A stretch of 63,964 bases of DNA, filler included. It is 5 parts of 5 records of this genome, joined end to end, with 100 filler letters (N's around TTAATTAATTAA, not from the genome) between each part and the next. Parts side by side here need not be neighbours in the genome. Positions count along the whole stretch, not along the records: positions 52,418 to 58,321 come from DRR723986_11296; positions 58,422 to 63,964 come from DRR723986_11348; 3 more parts are not named here. One strand, written 5' to 3'. This document shows positions 53,276-61,339 of the stretch, in pieces. Numbering within the stretch: position 1 is the stretch's first letter; every line of letters starts with the position of its first letter. The notes beneath the pieces were generated by a model, which was given only the letters and a program-made list of their open reading frames with translations, was not told where the DNA came from and searched no databases. Made by a program: the position numbers and the translations under genes.

Positions 53276-53773
53276 ATGACCGATAAACCTGCAAAAGCTG
53301 TTTCTGCTTCAGCTATTGAAAAGCATGTGTATAAAGTGTTCCCGAACGATATGAACTCCCACAATACGGTGTTCGGGGGCATGATCATGGCGAAGTGTGA
53401 CCGCCTGGCACTGGTGGTCGCGGAGCGGCACTCGGCCCATGTCTGTGTGACGGCGGCGGTGGATTCCATTCATTTTCGTGCTCCCGCCAAAGGCAATGAC
53501 ACCTTGTTGTTCAATCTGTCGCTGAACCGTAGTTGGGGCTCCTCCATGGAGATCGGTGCGAAGGTGGAGGCCGAGAACAGCTATACAGGCGAGACTCGCC
53601 ATATTTTGTCCGCCTTCTTTACCTTTGTGGCACTCGATGAACAGGGCAAGCCGGTGGATGTGCCCCAGGTAATCCCGGAAACCGAGGACCAGAAGCGCCG
53701 TTATGCCAAGGCACAGATACGCCGTGAAGGGCGTTTGCGCACCCGGGATGAATTGTCAAAGGCGAGTGGCTAA
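53276..53773 (+). CDS. Acyl-CoA thioesterase (hotdog fold, YciA-like)
   Basis: VFPNDMNSHNTVFGG, TAAVDSIHF, SSMEIG and FTFVALDE. Confidence 0.9.
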   Translation: MTDKPAKAVSASAIEKHVYKVFPNDMNSHNTVFGGMIMAKCDRLALVVAERHSAHVCVTAAVDSIHFRAPAKGNDTLLFNLSLNRSWGSSMEIGAKVEAENSYTGETRHILSAFFTFVALDEQGKPVDVPQVIPETEDQKRRYAKAQIRREGRLRTRDELSKASG

Positions 53774-53846
53774 GGGCTATCGCATATTACCGCCAGTCGT
53801 GGTATACCAGCGCCCGTGATGACTAACTATTCTGGAACCGGATGTC

Positions 53847-54413
53847 ATGCCTAAAGCAAGTGAAATCAAAAAGAATCAGGCGGTTGAATACGAAGGCCGC
53901 GTCTATTTCGTGAAGGATATCGAGCGCTCCGTGCCCCAGGGCCGTGCCGGAGGCAGCCTTTACCGGATGCGCATGTACGATGTGGTCACCAACCAGAAAC
54001 TGGATGAGACCTTCAAGGACTCGGACATGCTCAATCTGGCGGATCTGGTGCGCCGGGAAGCGACCTTCTCCTACGCTGATAGTGATGAGTATGTGTTCAT
54101 GGATACAGAAGACTTTACTCAGTACATGCTCAACCGCAGTGCCATTGAGGATGAGTTGCTGTTCATTACCGAGGACACCCAGGGGGTAATGGTGATTCTG
54201 GTCAGCGAAAACCCGGTGGCCATTGACCTGCCGCCGACGGTGGAACTGACCATTGAGGAAACCGACCCGTCCATCAAGGGTGGCTCGGCAACCGCCAGAA
54301 CCAAACCCGCCCGCCTGACCACAGGCCTGGTGGTACAGGTTCCTGAGCACATTTCCACGGGTGACCGAATTCGCGTGAACGTGGAAGAGCGCAAATTCCT
54401 CAGCCGCGCCTGA
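53847..54413 (+). CDS. efpL: Elongation factor P-like protein EfpL (YeiP)
   Basis: MPKASEIKK start, loop [12 protein letters not shown] with an Arg tip, and [15 protein letters not shown]...TGLVVQVPE. Confidence 0.85.
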   Translation: MPKASEIKKNQAVEYEGRVYFVKDIERSVPQGRAGGSLYRMRMYDVVTNQKLDETFKDSDMLNLADLVRREATFSYADSDEYVFMDTEDFTQYMLNRSAIEDELLFITEDTQGVMVILVSENPVAIDLPPTVELTIEETDPSIKGGSATARTKPARLTTGLVVQVPEHISTGDRIRVNVEERKFLSRA

Positions 54414-54421
54414 TGATACGG

Positions 54422-54452
54422 CAAGAGGTCAGCCGATTGAGCTGACCTCTTG
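54422..54452. terminator. Hairpin at the convergent efpL/rsuA junction
   Basis: 12-bp perfect stem CAAGAGGTCAGC/GCTGACCTCTTG with a 7-nt loop; no strong U-tract. Confidence 0.45.
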
Positions 54453-55121
54453 TGCGCTGAGATGGCGGTAGCTGCCTGGCTCTAGCCCATCCACAGTCAG
54501 CCCGCCCATGCTTTCCCTGTGCAATGAGATCACCCGGTTGCCCACGGCGTGAAACATGCGTTTCACCTGATGATAGCGGCCCTCGTAGATCGTCAGCCGT
54601 ACTTCCCGCTCCCCCAATGGCTCCAGCGACGCGGGCGAGGTTCTGAGTTGTTCGTACTCGAACCAGATGCCTTCCCTGAACCGATCCTCTGTCTCCGGTG
54701 AGATGGCGTAAGCCGTGGTTACCCGGTATACCTTGGGGATTTTGACCGCCGGTTCGGTCAGCCGTCGGCTCCAGACTCCGTCACTGCTGAGAATCAATAG
54801 CCCGGTGCTTGCCCTGTCCAGTCGCCCTGCGATGTGCACATGCGGCCGAAGCGATGGGTCAATCAGTTCCATAACGGTGGGGTGCTGGTCATCGCGGGTG
54901 GCGCTCAGATAGCCCGATGGTTTGTTCAGCATCAGGTAATACGCAGGGGCCGCGCTCTGGATGATTCGCTGGTCAACGCACACTTCACGAAACCGCTGGA
55001 TGTCCAGGTCTGGGTCATGGCAGCGCTCGCCATCAACCTGAACACGGCCGGCGGCGAGCAGGGTCTTGGCCTGTCGGCGGCTAATACCGTTCTGATTGGT
55101 GAGTATCCGTAAGAGTTTCAT
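54429..55121 (-). CDS. RsuA-family pseudouridine synthase
   Basis: S4 domain, MLNKPSGY, HIAGRLDRASTGL and EGRYHQVKRM. Start moved to ATG 55121. Confidence 0.9.
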   Translation of the reverse strand: MKLLRILTNQNGISRRQAKTLLAAGRVQVDGERCHDPDLDIQRFREVCVDQRIIQSAAPAYYLMLNKPSGYLSATRDDQHPTVMELIDPSLRPHVHIAGRLDRASTGLLILSSDGVWSRRLTEPAVKIPKVYRVTTAYAISPETEDRFREGIWFEYEQLRTSPASLEPLGEREVRLTIYEGRYHQVKRMFHAVGNRVISLHRESMGGLTVDGLEPGSYRHLSAQEVSSIG

Positions 55122-55133
55122 GTTGTGCCCGAC

Positions 55134-55158
55134 AAAAAAGGAGCTCCGAAGAGCTCCT
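55134..55158 (-). terminator. Intrinsic terminator of the 637-aa membrane protein gene
   Basis: AGGAGCTC-TTCG-GAGCTCC followed by T6 (cUUCGg tetraloop). Confidence 0.9.
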
Positions 55159-55179
55159 GGTGTGCTGTCTGATTTGCCA

Positions 55180-57093
55180 TCAGTTATCGGCTGTGTCGCC
55201 CTCCCAGCGGGCAATCTTCTCACGGTCCTGATCGGACACGACGTCTGATTCCAGTGATGCCCGTTGCTCTGGTGCAACCAGGCCCTGGGCAGCCATATCC
55301 CCGGTTCTGCGCGCTTCCTGCTCCTGGCGGATATAGTCGAGCCGCTGTTCCCGGTCGGCCTGCTTTTCGTTCTTTATTTCGTCGTTGCGGCGACGGAACT
55401 GGTCTTCCAGGTCGCCAACCACGCTGTTGATGAATCCATCGCATGGCGACAGGGACAGTAGATACCTCGGCTGCTCCAGGTTTTGCTGGCCAGAGACTGC
55501 AAACGTTGAGCTGACCGCTTCAGTTGCCAGAGCGAAGTAGGTGGCGTCGAAACTGAATACATCCTGTTCACTGGACGCACTGTGACGGTCGGCGCCGCGG
55601 TAATGAGTTGCCCGCATCACCGTGCCTTCACAGTGCATATCGAACAGGTTGGACTTAAAGAAGATCTCGGCCCAGAACAGATGGCAGATTCTGGACAGTG
55701 TCCGGCCGAAGCCGAGCAATAGCAAGCTGGCAAGCAGGATGGCGGCAGTGGCGCCCGCGGGGACGAACAGCAGGTTCAATGCCTGGTCGACATCGAGCCG
55801 GGTAGCGCGAAGCTGATCCAGAGCGTAAACATGGTCCATCACGCGATCGGCACCCAGCCAGAGCAGCAGGGCACCCGCCAACAGGAGTATCTGGCCAGCG
55901 ATGGTTCCGCTTGCCCGGGCCCAGCGCAGGGATTTTGGCTCTTCGCGGTCTTCGACAACAGGCTGTATCTCGACCAGAAGGTCGCCGTTGAACTGCTCAT
56001 TCTCCCGGTTGGCATCACCGGTGTCGTTGCTGTCCAGATATACCCGGTTCGGCAGCTCCTGCTGACGTTTTTGCATCAACACCAGGTCGCGCAGCGTCGT
56101 GAAAATCTGGCGTGGGTGCAGATCGAATCGCCAGCTGTTATTGAGTTCAGAGCTGCTGGTTGCGATGGGCACCATGCCAATGCGTGCTTTGATCAGAACC
56201 ACCGCAATGGCCGCTGTCGCCAGAGCACAGACGATAGTCAGGGTTAGCAGGGACCCGGTACGGAAAACCGGTTCAAGCAGGGGCATCAGGCCGGCCAAAT
56301 CCTGGCGGGCACTGACGTGCAGACTGTCCCAGAAGCCAAGCCAGCCCTGGGCAGTCAGGATGGGCACTGCGATGGCACCAATGATCACCAGCGCCAGTCC
56401 CTTGCTTGTGGTCTGGCTCAGGCTGGTCATGTTACTGCGGGACAGCGGGTTGCCGAGTTTGACCCACAACAGCCCCAGGTACACCAGCAATGACGCTTGC
56501 AGGATCAGTGAGATAACCGTGCTGCCAACATCCGCACCTTCGGTGCCTGAGAACACCATGGTGACCACCAGGCTTGCCACCAGAAAGGCGGCGATGGCCA
56601 CGAAACTCTTGGTCAGTTTCATGGCCAGATTCTGAGCGACGTTGCGAATTGGCCAGGGCGTGACAATCAGGTTGGGAAAGACCGAGTGAACCGCCCGGGC
56701 GAACCAGCCGGTGGGCTCGATAAAGGTCGGGTTGCTCTTGCTCATGAGCATGTTGTGGAGCATTTTGGAGTTATACAGGGTCGGCTCGCGTTCGTTCACG
56801 GCTTCACGGGCAACGTTTTTGGCCAGTGAGGCCGGCGCGGCGCGGCCCACGAAGAAACGCATGACCTGGAACAGGCCTCCGCCCAGCGCCTTCAACCCGC
56901 CCGTTACAAACAGGCCGCCGATCAACAGGTTAACCCAGGCTCTGGGTTTGTCGGTACCAAGCAGGGGTTGAATCTGAAACAGGAGATAGACGCCAATCGC
57001 CAGCAGAATTGCACCACGAATGGACCGGACCAGCCCTTCGAACCGGAATGGATTCCGGATGTTGAGTTTTTGAGCTCCGTACTCAAATGCCAT
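55180..57093 (-). CDS. Polytopic membrane protein of unknown function
   Basis: 637-aa ORF with SD AAGGA, about 8 TM segments, soluble inter-TM domains and a charged C-terminal coiled tail. Confidence 0.8.
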   Translation of the reverse strand: MAFEYGAQKLNIRNPFRFEGLVRSIRGAILLAIGVYLLFQIQPLLGTDKPRAWVNLLIGGLFVTGGLKALGGGLFQVMRFFVGRAAPASLAKNVAREAVNEREPTLYNSKMLHNMLMSKSNPTFIEPTGWFARAVHSVFPNLIVTPWPIRNVAQNLAMKLTKSFVAIAAFLVASLVVTMVFSGTEGADVGSTVISLILQASLLVYLGLLWVKLGNPLSRSNMTSLSQTTSKGLALVIIGAIAVPILTAQGWLGFWDSLHVSARQDLAGLMPLLEPVFRTGSLLTLTIVCALATAAIAVVLIKARIGMVPIATSSSELNNSWRFDLHPRQIFTTLRDLVLMQKRQQELPNRVYLDSNDTGDANRENEQFNGDLLVEIQPVVEDREEPKSLRWARASGTIAGQILLLAGALLLWLGADRVMDHVYALDQLRATRLDVDQALNLLFVPAGATAAILLASLLLLGFGRTLSRICHLFWAEIFFKSNLFDMHCEGTVMRATHYRGADRHSASSEQDVFSFDATYFALATEAVSSTFAVSGQQNLEQPRYLLSLSPCDGFINSVVGDLEDQFRRRNDEIKNEKQADREQRLDYIRQEQEARRTGDMAAQGLVAPEQRASLESDVVSDQDREKIARWEGDTADN

Positions 57094-57228
57094 GCTTTGT
57101 TCCTTTACATGAGTAAGAGATGGTGTAGAGAGGCGCAGAGTTTAGCCTGAAAACTATGAACAATTACCAGCAATTACATAAAAAAATGTAAAACGGAGTA
57201 AGATTTTTCGTGGTTGGCAGGGCGGATT

Positions 57229-57990
57229 TTATAAGACCCGGATTTTTTTCATCAGCGCGGGCCATCCAACCGGCAGTTGTTCTTCCAATGCCTTGAGGAC
57301 TGAGTCGGGTATCTGCCAGGGATCAAACAACCGCTTGCAGCCATAGATAACCCAGTTGTTGGTTTTGCTTTTGAAGGTGAGCAGACACGGGAACTGGCGT
57401 TTAAGCTCGCGCAGCAGGTTACCGTCCGGCTCCGGCATGCGGTGATAGTTAAGAACGAGCCAGCCGTCAGGTTTGAGTGCCCGGGCACAGGCCTTGATGA
57501 ACCGGCGCTGCGCTTGAAGGGGCGACATCCGGTCTGCGCTGTACAGATCCGTGACAATCATGGCGGTGCTGGCCACCGAAAGCGTTTCCAGTGTGTGCCA
57601 GGCATCAGCGACGGTGACATGAAGGCGCTCATGTTGCGGGAACGAGAACCAGTCCCGTGCGGTCTCGAACACCTTTTGACGCAACTCCACCACATGAACC
57701 TGACTGTCGGGTAACAGGCGGTGTATGCCGTGGGCGACGACGCCTGCGCCCAAACCAAGCACAGTGATGTGGTCGGGCCTGGCGAAAGCAATGGGCAGCA
57801 GCATGGCGCGGCTGTATTCGTGGACGGGAACATGGGGTGCCCGGCGCAAAATTTTGCTTTGCTCAAACACGGAATCAAAACTGAGAATCCGGTGTTTGCG
57901 ATCATCAATCACCAGAATATTGCCGTAGCGGTCGTTGGCGACATGCACGATATCGCCCTTGATATCTGGCCGTTTGATGATGGTGCCCAT
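57229..57990 (-). CDS. Spermidine-synthase-like SAM-dependent methyltransferase
   Basis: RILSFDSVFEQS, VLGLGAG, VVEL, ADA and LKPDGWLVLN. Confidence 0.8.
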   Translation of the reverse strand: MGTIIKRPDIKGDIVHVANDRYGNILVIDDRKHRILSFDSVFEQSKILRRAPHVPVHEYSRAMLLPIAFARPDHITVLGLGAGVVAHGIHRLLPDSQVHVVELRQKVFETARDWFSFPQHERLHVTVADAWHTLETLSVASTAMIVTDLYSADRMSPLQAQRRFIKACARALKPDGWLVLNYHRMPEPDGNLLRELKRQFPCLLTFKSKTNNWVIYGCKRLFDPWQIPDSVLKALEEQLPVGWPALMKKIRVL

Positions 57991-58321
57991 CAGTTGGCGG
58001 CGTAGCGCTGGTGCAGGATACCTACACGTTCCACGTAGGCTTTGGTTTCCGCGTAAGGCGGAATGCCCCTGTAGCGGCCAACGGCGCCGGGGCCGGCGTT
58101 ATAGGCGGCGGTCGCCAGGCGAGTGTCGCCATTAAAGCGTTTTAGCATTTTGGCCAGATAGTCGACACCGCCGCGGATGTTTTCGCTGGCCTCCAGTGGG
58201 TCTTTTACGCCCAGTTCCTGTGCCGTCCCCGGCATCAGCTGCATCAGTCCCTGGGCACCGACCGGTGAAATGGCCTTGGGGTTGAAGGCAGACTCGGCAT
58301 GGATAACGGCTCGCACCAAGG
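57990..58321 (-). CDS. Lytic transglycosylase, SLT domain (5' end truncated)
   Basis: [31 protein letters not shown] and [10 protein letters not shown]. Confidence 0.92.
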
Positions 58322-58421
58322 NNNNNNNNNNNNNNNNNNNNNNNNNNNNNNNNNNNNNNNNNNNNTTAATTAATTAANNNNNNNNNNNNNNNNNNNNNNN
58401 NNNNNNNNNNNNNNNNNNNNN
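58322..58421. other. Artificial contig-joining spacer
   Basis: N44-TTAATTAATTAA-N44. Confidence 0.99.
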
Positions 58422-58422
58422 G

Positions 58423-58521
58423 CATTTCATGACCATCGTCGCCGCCTGGGTCGTCACTGTTCCGGCTGCTGCCGTCCTGTCCGCCGGGCTTTACTTCGTC
58501 ATGGTCAAGCTGATTGCCTGA
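58423..58521 (+). CDS. Inorganic phosphate transporter (PiT family), C-terminal fragment
   Basis: HFMTIVAAWVVTVPAAAVLSAGLYFVMVKLIA*, a typical PiT C-terminus. Confidence 0.7.
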   Translation, partial: HFMTIVAAWVVTVPAAAVLSAGLYFVMVKLIA

Positions 58522-58533
58522 TAAAGGCGATTT

Positions 58534-59250
58534 CTAACCGGGTAGATGTCCGGCCGGCTCCAGGGTGAGATTGGCCCAGACCGGCAAATGGTCCGAAGCA
58601 ACGCGTGCCGTCTTCGATTTATGGACGCCAGCCTGCCTGACGACGAATTCCGGGCTGGTTATGATCCGGTCCAGGCTGCCGACGGGAAGGGGACTGGGAA
58701 AGCTCCGTCCCGGCGTCGTCACCTCATAGCGTTCTTCAAACAACTTGATGCTGCCCGCCGTGTCTCGCCACTCGTTCAGGTCACCGATCAGCACTGTCGG
58801 CAGGTAATCAAGATGCTCATGCAGCTGATGCATCAGCGAAGTTATCTGTTTCTTGCGAAAGTGACCGATCAGGCTCAGGTGCATGGCTGCCACGCGGATT
58901 TTTTCACCGGCAACTTCAAGGTCGACAGCAACCGCACCACGTGGTTCCAGCGTCGGCAGATCTAACCGGCGATGGTCGAGAATGCCGATCGAGTTTCGAA
59001 CAAGAATAGCGTTGCCGTGCCAGCCCAGGCTCTTGTCGCCCGTCGCGAACGGCACGGGGCGGTAATCGGTTTCCTGAAGAATCGTGTCTCTGTCGAGGGT
59101 ACTTTCCCGTGGTCCGAAGCGCTTGTCTGCTTCCTGCAAGGCCAGGATGTCGCAGTCAAGTTCCTGGATAACCTTGAGCGTCCGGTCAGGCCGCCTGCGC
59201 GCATCGACGCCTATTGATTTTTGTATGTTGTAAGAACCGATTTTCAGCAT
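58534..59250 (-). CDS. Endonuclease/exonuclease/phosphatase family protein
   Basis: SYNIQK, ALQEAD, GNAIL, GDLNEW, LDRI and ASDHLPV. Confidence 0.92.
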   Translation of the reverse strand: MLKIGSYNIQKSIGVDARRRPDRTLKVIQELDCDILALQEADKRFGPRESTLDRDTILQETDYRPVPFATGDKSLGWHGNAILVRNSIGILDHRRLDLPTLEPRGAVAVDLEVAGEKIRVAAMHLSLIGHFRKKQITSLMHQLHEHLDYLPTVLIGDLNEWRDTAGSIKLFEERYEVTTPGRSFPSPLPVGSLDRIITSPEFVVRQAGVHKSKTARVASDHLPVWANLTLEPAGHLPG

Positions 59251-59322
59251 GGGCGCAGAGTGAAGGCCTCACGTTAAAAGTTGCAAGGGGAATAGGTTGA
59301 TTTGGCCGCCTTTGCGACCAAT

Positions 59323-60684
59323 TTAGGCAGCCTTGGTCTGCTCCATGCGCTCCGTCGCCCGTTTGAGCGCAGCAAGGCATTTTGCATCCAGGGCTGTGCC
59401 GGCTTCGCTTTCCATGATGCCGAGTGCCTTGGGCAACGGCATCGGTCCACGATAAGGCCGTTCTGCGGTCAATGCGTCGAAAATATCCGCCGTCGTGACA
59501 ATGCGCGTTTCCATCGAAATCCTGCTTGTGGTCAGCCCGTCCGGATATCCGCGGCCGTCCAGTTTTTCATGATGCCCTCTCGCGATTGGCGACAGGTCCT
59601 TGAACGTATCGATCCTGGAGAGGATCTCGTCGGAGTAAACGGGATGCATGCGGATTTGTTCCCACTCCAGGTCATCAAGCTTTCCGGGTTTGTCGAGGAC
59701 TGAGTTGCTGACGCCGAGTTTGCCGATGTCGTGCAGGAGAGCCGCCCGTCTCAGCAGCTGCCGGTCACGCATTCCGTAACCCAACTCTTCTGCGATCATG
59801 TCGGTGTAAAGCGTTACGCGCTCGCTGTGTCCGGCGGTGTAGGGACTTTTGGAATCGATCACGAGCGCAAAGCCGTGGGCTATGTCGTCGAGCTGCTCCT
59901 CATCTGCAAAACGAATGTTCTGCGCTGGTTCAAGACCGTAGACGATCTTGTCGAGGTTTTCCGACTTCAAGGTGTTCCAGAACTGGGGATTACTTGCGAC
60001 GGTTTCTGCTGCGGCCACCAAGGCGGGGTCGAACCAGCTGCCGGCCCGTTCCTTCAATTCCTGCAAGGCCCCCTGTACGCCTGCATTGATCTGAAAGACA
60101 TCCATGACCTGTGCCAGCAAGGCGATCTGGGAAAATACCGGGATGGTGGAGCCCACAATGCCGTGCGGCCGTCCTTTGCCGTCCCAATGTTCATCCAGAC
60201 TGTAAATTCCGGATACGACAGTTTCCGAGAAATGCATCTGGCGGGCAATGTCGCCGCCGCGTGTGCAGCGTGTTTCGATCATCTCGTTTGCAATGTCGCC
60301 GCCATTTTGAAGAATGTTGACGATGGCGCGCACACGTTCTGCAAAGCCGTGCTTCAACCCGGTGTGAGAAAGCACGAAACGCAGGGCCGCAGGCAGGCTG
60401 TCGCTGATCGTCTTGAAGTCGTGTTTGAAGGTCAGGTCGTCGGTGAGATAAAGCTCGCAGATCCTCGCTGCATTGCTTGAACAGCCAAGGTCCTTCAAGA
60501 GCAGCGTGTAATAGAGATCGCTGAGTTGCGCTTCAGTCAGCCCGACTTGCCGTCCGATATGAATGCCGATCCAGCAACAGCGAACGCAGTGGCCACGCGG
60601 CTGGCCTTCCGTGATGTCCAAAGCGTGACTGAGTGCGCCGAGCAGCTCCGCCAGCCGGAGTTTTCTGGAAACCTGTTCGGACAT
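59323..60684 (-). CDS. HD-GYP phosphodiesterase with tandem HD domains
   Basis: Degenerate N-terminal domain (LKDLGC, DEHWDGKGRP) and intact C-terminal domain (LHDIGK, HHEKLDGRGYP, ADIFDAL). Start moved to ATG 60684. Confidence 0.9.
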   Translation of the reverse strand: MSEQVSRKLRLAELLGALSHALDITEGQPRGHCVRCCWIGIHIGRQVGLTEAQLSDLYYTLLLKDLGCSSNAARICELYLTDDLTFKHDFKTISDSLPAALRFVLSHTGLKHGFAERVRAIVNILQNGGDIANEMIETRCTRGGDIARQMHFSETVVSGIYSLDEHWDGKGRPHGIVGSTIPVFSQIALLAQVMDVFQINAGVQGALQELKERAGSWFDPALVAAAETVASNPQFWNTLKSENLDKIVYGLEPAQNIRFADEEQLDDIAHGFALVIDSKSPYTAGHSERVTLYTDMIAEELGYGMRDRQLLRRAALLHDIGKLGVSNSVLDKPGKLDDLEWEQIRMHPVYSDEILSRIDTFKDLSPIARGHHEKLDGRGYPDGLTTSRISMETRIVTTADIFDALTAERPYRGPMPLPKALGIMESEAGTALDAKCLAALKRATERMEQTKAA

Positions 60685-60725
60685 AAAAGCGAGCCTCGCG
60701 CAACGATGTGTTCCGCGAGGCTCGC
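60685..60725 (-). terminator. Hairpin after soxG overlapping the HD-GYP ribosome-binding site
   Basis: 12-bp perfect stem GCGAGCCTCGCG/CGCGAGGCTCGC followed by TTTT and then ATG. Confidence 0.65.
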
Positions 60726-60763
60726 AAAGGTTCGTTAAAATCAGGTGTTTTCGCCGATCCCGG

Positions 60764-61339
60764 TCAGGCTGCTTCCAGCTCTTTAGCCGATTGGACAAGC
60801 AGACCTGCCACGTAGTCCATGAAGGAAACCCAGGCTTCCACCACAAATGTGTCCGCACCTGTCCGCCAGATCATCACTGGCGACTTGTGAAACAGGGTCC
60901 TTGTCACTGTGCCGACCGGAAAGACCTCAAGCGAGAAATCGATGAAGACCCCGGTGTTGAGCAACCAGGCAGCCTTGTCGCCACTGACGATGATCGCTTC
61001 CGAACGGTCGGAGATATCAACCAGGGCGTGGGGATGCGTTGAGAGTTTTTCCTCGATGCCGTCGAACACCGCCCTGAGGTCTTCTTCAGGTGCAAGCAAT
61101 GTCCACTCGTCCGGCCCCATCCAGAGCGCTGCCCGCTTGGCGGAAGTGGAGTTCGACAAGGGAGAAAGCGGCAGTGAGGCGCCAAATGCCGTGCCGGCTT
61201 CCTTTTGCGCAGCTTCACGGCAACGCAGGGAAAGTCGCGTCATGGGCGCAGCTTTCAGGATGGAGACCGACGGTAGGCTCAGAAGCGGTGTTTCACCCGC
61301 GTCCGGCGTGATCAGATCGTTTGCCAGAAGTTCAGACAT
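60764..61339 (-). CDS. soxG: Heterotetrameric sarcosine oxidase gamma subunit
   Basis: ALWMGPDEW, ALVDISD, VTRTLF and SFMDY; overlaps the soxA stop. Confidence 0.9.
   Translation of the reverse strand: MSELLANDLITPDAGETPLLSLPSVSILKAAPMTRLSLRCREAAQKEAGTAFGASLPLSPLSNSTSAKRAALWMGPDEWTLLAPEEDLRAVFDGIEEKLSTHPHALVDISDRSEAIIVSGDKAAWLLNTGVFIDFSLEVFPVGTVTRTLFHKSPVMIWRTGADTFVVEAWVSFMDYVAGLLVQSAKELEAA

Noticed and set aside
59323-60684. Tandem degenerate plus intact HD-GYP architecture as novel
   Set aside because: Double-HD-domain HD-GYP proteins are a known architecture.
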